Of a stretch of 53,996 bases of DNA, positions 48,792 to 53,996 are shown in pieces (positions within the stretch are counted from its first letter, which is position 1; the number at the start of each line of letters is the position of its first letter). The stretch spans positions 1 to 53,996 of the forward strand of contig LIHK01000010.1 in NCBI GenBank assembly GCA_001399795.1. Reading direction: 5' to 3'. The position numbers were made by a program, and so were the translations under genes. Under the pieces are notes generated by a model. That model searched no databases. It saw only the letters and a program-made list of their open reading frames with translations, and was not told the origin of the DNA. The stretch is from Candidatus Bathyarchaeota archaeon BA2 (GTDB taxonomy: Archaea > Thermoproteota > Bathyarchaeia > Bathyarchaeales > Bathyarchaeaceae).

Positions 48792-49286
48792 TTGAAACTT
48801 GTTGGCTTAATCTCTGACACTCATATACCCTCCAAAGCAAAAGCTATCCCAAACGAAGTTTTTGAAGTTTTCAATGGAGTAAACCTCATTCTACACGCTG
48901 GAGACTTAACCCAACTCAGCGTCGTCGACGAACTTGAGCAACTGGCGCCTGTGGTTGCGGTTTCCGGAAACATGGATCCCGATGAAGTTAGAAAGAGGCT
49001 GCCAAAAATGAACTATGTAACGGTTTACAACTGGAAAATCGGGGTCATCCACGATCCCGGAGTCTTCATGGGAACAAGAAGAATGAAAACCATGGCGAAG
49101 CAAAAAAATCTTGACATACTAGTTTTTGGGCATACTCATCGACCAAGTTTCAAGCGAGCGGAAGAAGTCTTATTCATCAATCCGGGAAGTCCGACCAATC
49201 CGCTACCACCATTCATAACAAAGCCCAGTGTGGCTCTGTTGAAGATAACGAAAGAAAATATCGAACCGGAAATCATCAAAATCTAG
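48792..49286 (+). CDS. YfcE/MJ0936-type metallophosphoesterase
   Basis: ISDTH, HAGD, GNMD, FGHTH, NPGS. Confidence 0.9.
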   Translation: MKLVGLISDTHIPSKAKAIPNEVFEVFNGVNLILHAGDLTQLSVVDELEQLAPVVAVSGNMDPDEVRKRLPKMNYVTVYNWKIGVIHDPGVFMGTRRMKTMAKQKNLDILVFGHTHRPSFKRAEEVLFINPGSPTNPLPPFITKPSVALLKITKENIEPEIIKI

Positions 49287-49366
49287 AGGTGGCTACTCTT
49301 CAATATCCTTTCACTTTCACCATTGTCTCTCCGCTTCATAGGTTGTCGTTGCATCGAGGGTTTTAA

Positions 49367-49576
49367 ATGTGCCTCCGCCTAGATCGTCAAGCAATCAGGG
49401 ATGTTCTCTTGAAAAACCTCGAACGCTCAAATCGCCCAGTTGAAAACTGTAAAAACCCATGGAACGGAGAGTGCAGAAGCGCAGACATCGAGGTCTACAT
49501 TTACTATAAGGGCAGACTTCGCCCTATCTGTAGAGACTGCTGGAGCGACATAGTTGAGAAGGATATTGAATGGTGA
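49367..49576 (+). CDS. Small Cys-containing hypothetical protein
   Basis: CKNPWNGEC and PICRDCW. Confidence 0.65.
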   Translation: MCLRLDRQAIRDVLLKNLERSNRPVENCKNPWNGECRSADIEVYIYYKGRLRPICRDCWSDIVEKDIEW

Positions 49577-49821
49577 AAAGGATGAGGAGATTTGATTTAA
49601 ACTCGGCTCGAACATACGTTGGAAGCAACGTGAACCTCCACCTAAAAGACGGGTCCGTTATAATCAACGTCTTGGTTACCAAAGCCGTCCAGCGAAAAAG
49701 CCGTCATGGAGGCGCAATCCTTCATTGCGTATTACCAACCAGAAAGAAAACCGTGAAAGTTTCGCTGGGAGAAATCGAGTGGGCGGAGCGGTTGGGTCCT
49801 CATCCACTGTTGTGGCATTAA
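49570..49821 (+). CDS. Small basic hypothetical protein (possible Sm-like beta fold)
   Basis: YVGSNVNLHLKDGSVIINV; overlaps the upstream stop. Confidence 0.55.
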   Translation: MVKRMRRFDLNSARTYVGSNVNLHLKDGSVIINVLVTKAVQRKSRHGGAILHCVLPTRKKTVKVSLGEIEWAERLGPHPLLWH

Positions 49822-49990
49822 CTACGCACGCGTCCCATCCTGTTTCTTTCTCGAATTTCCCTTTCTGCGAGGAAATTGGAACGGGCTTTCCATGCGTCCT
49901 TTTCTTTCATACATCCACTCTCAGCTTCTTAATCTGTTTTTCACTTACCTCGCAATATTAGCCTTTCCTCAGAGAATGCGTGTCTTAAAG

Positions 49991-51598
49991 CTACCTCATC
50001 TTCAGTTTTATCAATTGATAAGCAAGATGTGCTGGAAGAGACGAGGCAACTTTTATTTTTCCGCTTCTAGCGTCTCTTATCATAGTCGGCAAGTCATAAT
50101 CATAATCATCTCGGCACCTGCAGATCAGTTCCCTTGCCAGCTTGATTCCGTACGAAAAGATGAACTTTAACCCGTATTGGGCGACTCTGCCTCTTATAGA
50201 CAAGTAAGAATATTCCTTAACCAGAGTGGAAGCCCAGTTCAGGTTGTGCTCCCAGCATTTCAAATAAAGCTCATAGTGTTTGTTCGTCATTCCCTCCAAT
50301 ATGAAAGAATCAGCTCTGTTTTTCAGTCCCCCCATGGATACGAGGAAAAGCGGAACAATCAGGCTTTTGAAGGGTTTCAACTCCTCCATAAGCTCGATTG
50401 TGAGGTCAACGTCCTTCTCAGTTTCTCCCGGTAAGCCCAGAATCAAGGTGCCGCACGGAAGCCAATAGTTCCTAGACAAAATTTCAAAAGAATCCACAAC
50501 TACCTCAGGCCAGTCTTCCGGTTTGAAGGGTTTACACTTTCCAGCCATATGCATCTTAATCAATTTGGGACTGCCAGTTTCGATACCAGTCTGGGCGGCG
50601 GTCCAAGGAGCCTTCTCGCCTAAACCCAAAATGTTTGAGATTTCTTCAACAACGTCCGGTGCATCTAAAACCGAGGAAAGCGCTATGTGACTTAGGCTTG
50701 TCATTTCAACGCCCGGATGATTTTGCACAGTTCTGAAAAGGTTAATCACAGCCTCCTTGTTAACTCTGAAACCCTTTGCTTTGTACCTTAACACGTCCTC
50801 GGCGTGTAGCAATGGTTGTCTGCCCGCCCTAAGGTTTACTTCAACTTCCTTCAAAATGTGCTTGAGGGAAAGGCAGCGATATACCTGGAGTGTTGGGACG
50901 CAAAAGGCGCATCCCCTTCCGCATCCTCGAGCGATTTCAACCAATCCACATATTGTCGGACCCTTAATAATCGGTATTTCTTCTTCAGAAACTACTTCCC
51001 CCCGCACAATTTCTGGCAGTGTTTCACTGTTCACAGCCTTCTCGAAGACGGGCCCTACAACCTTCTCTCCTTCTCCCACGATTACGCAGTCTATCCCGAG
51101 TTCTTTTCGAGCCTCGACGCTTTCAAGCTGCCACGCGCCTGGCCCCCCAACAACGATTTTTGGTTTAAACCTCTTTATGGCGGGGTGGTTCAAAAGCTCC
51201 CTAAACTTGATAGCCATGTATGCTTCTCCACCCAACAGCCCTGTGAAGGAGGAGGTGGCGGGGCCTATACCCAATGGGTCGGTTTCCGCGATTCCAACAA
51301 CTTTTGTGTCAGGTCCCACGACTTTGTCAATGTGTTCTGGATGTGCGACGATTATGTCTTCTCTCTGGAAACCATAGTTCAGCAACGTAGCCTCCACTTT
51401 CCTTATTCCGCATGGAGCATACCTGGCAGATCCGTCTCTGTTTACTTCTACAGAGGGGCAGAGCAAGGAAAAGTAGAGCCTATCTGAAATCAACCCTTTA
51501 GGTACGCAAGCGCTGAATCCCAGAAAAAGGCCGCCATAGTACTCACTCATCAAAGTACGATCGGCGGTGAGGACGATTTTGTAACCGCTGTTTGACAT
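49991..51598 (-). CDS. B12-binding-type radical SAM protein
   Basis: VVGGPGAWQ, EIARGCGRGCAFC, GIETGS, LGLPGET. Confidence 0.88.
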   Translation of the reverse strand: MSNSGYKIVLTADRTLMSEYYGGLFLGFSACVPKGLISDRLYFSLLCPSVEVNRDGSARYAPCGIRKVEATLLNYGFQREDIIVAHPEHIDKVVGPDTKVVGIAETDPLGIGPATSSFTGLLGGEAYMAIKFRELLNHPAIKRFKPKIVVGGPGAWQLESVEARKELGIDCVIVGEGEKVVGPVFEKAVNSETLPEIVRGEVVSEEEIPIIKGPTICGLVEIARGCGRGCAFCVPTLQVYRCLSLKHILKEVEVNLRAGRQPLLHAEDVLRYKAKGFRVNKEAVINLFRTVQNHPGVEMTSLSHIALSSVLDAPDVVEEISNILGLGEKAPWTAAQTGIETGSPKLIKMHMAGKCKPFKPEDWPEVVVDSFEILSRNYWLPCGTLILGLPGETEKDVDLTIELMEELKPFKSLIVPLFLVSMGGLKNRADSFILEGMTNKHYELYLKCWEHNLNWASTLVKEYSYLSIRGRVAQYGLKFIFSYGIKLARELICRCRDDYDYDLPTMIRDARSGKIKVASSLPAHLAYQLIKLKMR

Positions 51599-51726
51599 TT
51601 CGATTCTCTCGATGAGAATTGTTATAACTCACGTAGCCTTTAAATTTTTAAATTCTAACAATCCAAGGAGCCGTGCAACTAAACCGTTAAGGGACTAAGC
51701 GGCTCGAAAGGGGACGAATCGTCAAC

Positions 51727-53214
51727 TCATTTCTTCTTGAAGAATAACCAGTTCTTCCTTCCTTTAAACCTCACCAAACAATAAATGCCTCTAAGCTTGT
51801 TGCCTTTGATTTCGAAAATCAACTTGTCTTCATCTCTTTCCTTCAAGACGTACTGCCCATTATCCCAGATTTCCACGGTGCCAGCGCCGTATAGACCTTC
51901 TGGAATAGAATTAGACACTAGCATAGACCCTGCGAAGTAGTTGTTATTGTCTTGAACGTGAATGTCGTATCGCTGTTGGCTGCGAATCTGTTTGCTACTA
52001 GCCTTCTCAAGTGCCACAATCCTTGCAGGAACGACATTTTGCTCTCCTCTTTCACCCATCCATTCAGAATGATAGCGACGAATGTAGGTCTTATACCTGA
52101 GCTCTTTCAAGATGAAATTGTTTATTAATGTAAGAAACCTCATGGAACCAACTTTGCTCAAATGAATAAAATACCCTCCGGCACTTTTCTTCCTTGGCTT
52201 TTTATGATATACCTTGGCCTCTAATTGCCATTCATCATTCAGAAAATCGGCGATTAAATTGTTCTCTTCCTTTGTGAAGCCGTGTGTACAAAGCTCCACG
52301 TATTTGCTCTGTGCAAGGTATCCATCATCCATGTACCATACAGCCAGACCACGCTCGTCTAGCATAGATAGAATTTCCTTTGTCATGGCCTTCTTCCCTT
52401 CATTGTAGAAGCGTTGATAAAGATCTAGTAGGCTTACGTCTGTGAAACGAAAGGAATAAGAGTCGCTACCTTTCCTCGCCCTGATCCTCGCTTTTGGCGC
52501 GAGTTGGTTACGTACGAACTCCAGGTAACCTTTTTGACCTCCAGCATGCGTAAGCTCGTAATGTGGCACATGTGTATTGCTTGGCTGCTCTAAATGCGCG
52601 TCTCCAAGGATCGTTCCCAGCAATATCTGTATTTGTTCATCGCCCCATCTCATTCCGAGAACAAGGATAGTGTCTCCAACTTTAAGGGCTCCTGCTGGCT
52701 TTAAACCCGTAGGGGTGTAAATCATGTGGTTGGGGGTTACTGTTATGATGCGCCTTCCACCATGCTGTCCTGGAACACGGATTCTTATGAAATCTTTTGT
52801 TCTTCCATTCCTGAACCACCCGACGATGGGTTTCCATTCTAGTTGATCTGTCGTTAAATTGTATGAAAGAACATTCGCCCTCAGCTTTTTGTTGACTATC
52901 TCGCCTATATTCACTGCACCTTTATCCGTTATAATCTTAGTATAGAATTCAAAGCAACCTTCAAAATTTGCGTAGTCAACGGGGTGATCTCCCACCTGCA
53001 CCGCAAGTCTTTTTATGCCTTTCTCTGTGGGAGGTGTTTTGGGGATTGCCCAGCTTCTGAGAACTCCATCCATTTCCAGTCTCAAGTCGTAATGTAAACG
53101 TCTGGCTTGGTGTTTTTGAATAACGTAAATGTTTCCTCCGCTTGTTTTTTCGCCACCTTTCGGCTCGTTTGTTTTTTCAAAATCTCTTTTCTTCCAGTAT
53201 TCTTTGAGCCTCAT
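51727..53214 (-). CDS. Stand-alone LigD 3'-phosphoesterase precursor containing an intein (146-aa spliced product)
   Basis: RDF...[34 protein letters not shown]|[16 protein letters not shown]. Confidence 0.9.
   Translation of the reverse strand: MRLKEYWKKRDFEKTNEPKGGEKTSGGNIYVIQKHQARRLHYDLRLEMDGVLRSWAIPKTPPTEKGIKRLAVQVGDHPVDYANFEGCFEFYTKIITDKGAVNIGEIVNKKLRANVLSYNLTTDQLEWKPIVGWFRNGRTKDFIRIRVPGQHGGRRIITVTPNHMIYTPTGLKPAGALKVGDTILVLGMRWGDEQIQILLGTILGDAHLEQPSNTHVPHYELTHAGGQKGYLEFVRNQLAPKARIRARKGSDSYSFRFTDVSLLDLYQRFYNEGKKAMTKEILSMLDERGLAVWYMDDGYLAQSKYVELCTHGFTKEENNLIADFLNDEWQLEAKVYHKKPRKKSAGGYFIHLSKVGSMRFLTLINNFILKELRYKTYIRRYHSEWMGERGEQNVVPARIVALEKASSKQIRSQQRYDIHVQDNNNYFAGSMLVSNSIPEGLYGAGTVEIWDNGQYVLKERDEDKLIFEIKGNKLRGIYCLVRFKGRKNWLFFKKK
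51910..52956 (-). mobile_element. 349-aa intein with LAGLIDADG endonuclease
   Basis: Cys1 (CFEFYT), block [14 protein letters not shown] and AVWYMDDG, block [22 protein letters not shown], +1 Ser. Confidence 0.93.
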
Positions 53215-53307
53215 CTTCTAACCCTTTAGAAGATTATGAAAACGATTGCATTATTTTTGACTTTAGGTGAAAGAAAAGGGTAAAAAGCTCTAACCACTCC
53301 TTTAGTT

Positions 53308-53996
53308 TTGTTCAATTACGGGGGACATTATACGTCGCTTGTTTGGTTGTATAGTCTAGCGAGTGTCGTCATTGTTAGTTTAATTTCTCTAGTCGGTGTG
53401 TTTACTTTTTTAATAAAGGAAGAAAAATTAAAGAAGATGCTCTTGTATCTCGTAAGTTTTTCTGCTGGAGGACTTTTCGGAAACGCCTTTATTCACTTAA
53501 TCCCTGAAGCAGCAGGAAAGAACGGTTTTGGATTACAGGCATCCTTATACATTCTGATTGGCATCATTGCCTCCTTTATTATAGAGGAGATTCTCCAATG
53601 GAGACACCGCCATATACCCACATCAGAGGGACATCCCCATTCGTTTGCCTACATGACTCTTTTTGGCGACGCTGTCCACAATTTTATAGACGGGCTCATA
53701 ATAGGTGGAAGCTACTTGGCAAGCATACCAGTGGGACTAGCCACAACCCTAGCCGTAGTTTTCCACGAGATTCCTCAGGAAATCGGACACTTCGGCATCC
53801 TGATATACGGAGGATTCAACAAATCTAAAGCGCTTTTCTTCAATTTTTCAACCGCCATCACGGCAATATTTGGAGCCATCGTGGCCCTCGGCTTAGGTTT
53901 TTACATTCAAAGTTTTTCAAGGTTTTTTCTGGTACCCTTTGCTGCAGGTAACTTCATTTACATAGCCGGTTCAGATTTGATTCCAGAACTTCGTAA
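53308..53996 (+). CDS. ZIP-family metal transporter, 3'-truncated by window
   Basis: AFIHLIPE, HNFIDG, HEIPQEIG, SDLIPEL; start uncertain. Confidence 0.88.
   Translation, partial: MFNYGGHYTSLVWLYSLASVVIVSLISLVGVFTFLIKEEKLKKMLLYLVSFSAGGLFGNAFIHLIPEAAGKNGFGLQASLYILIGIIASFIIEEILQWRHRHIPTSEGHPHSFAYMTLFGDAVHNFIDGLIIGGSYLASIPVGLATTLAVVFHEIPQEIGHFGILIYGGFNKSKALFFNFSTAITAIFGAIVALGLGFYIQSFSRFFLVPFAAGNFIYIAGSDLIPELR

Overview
Archaeal chromosomal window, most consistent with Bathyarchaeia (16S sequence, DGGGP synthase, TIP49, BHB-intron tRNAs). Housekeeping blocks (coaBC, tldD/pmbA, thiDN, thiL, ade, MetE-like, pckA, uppP, pyrH, an unlinked 16S rRNA gene) alternate with toxin-antitoxin-rich patches. 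Main observations: (1) at 33.0-37.8 kb, eight co-oriented tRNA-Leu-derived pieces. The 5' halves lie upstream and the 3' halves downstream of one intact tRNA-Leu(CAA), and they separate 0.5-1 kb cassettes (TA modules, an NDT/TIR-like candidate effector, a free-standing LAGLIDADG endonuclease, an aspartic protease). No integrase is present in the window. (2) A 179-nt insertion in the 16S helix-8 tetraloop with BHB-like splice geometry. (3) A 349-aa LAGLIDADG intein in a stand-alone LigD 3'-phosphoesterase. (4) A HEPN-MNT single-chain fusion and an ABC-ATPase+PIN pair. (5) Captured fragments of host loci (pyrH 3' end, mvhA 3' third, 16S leader) and a promoter-bearing tRNA-Cys-like 5' half. All calls come from reading the sequence by eye. 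No database search or folding program was run.
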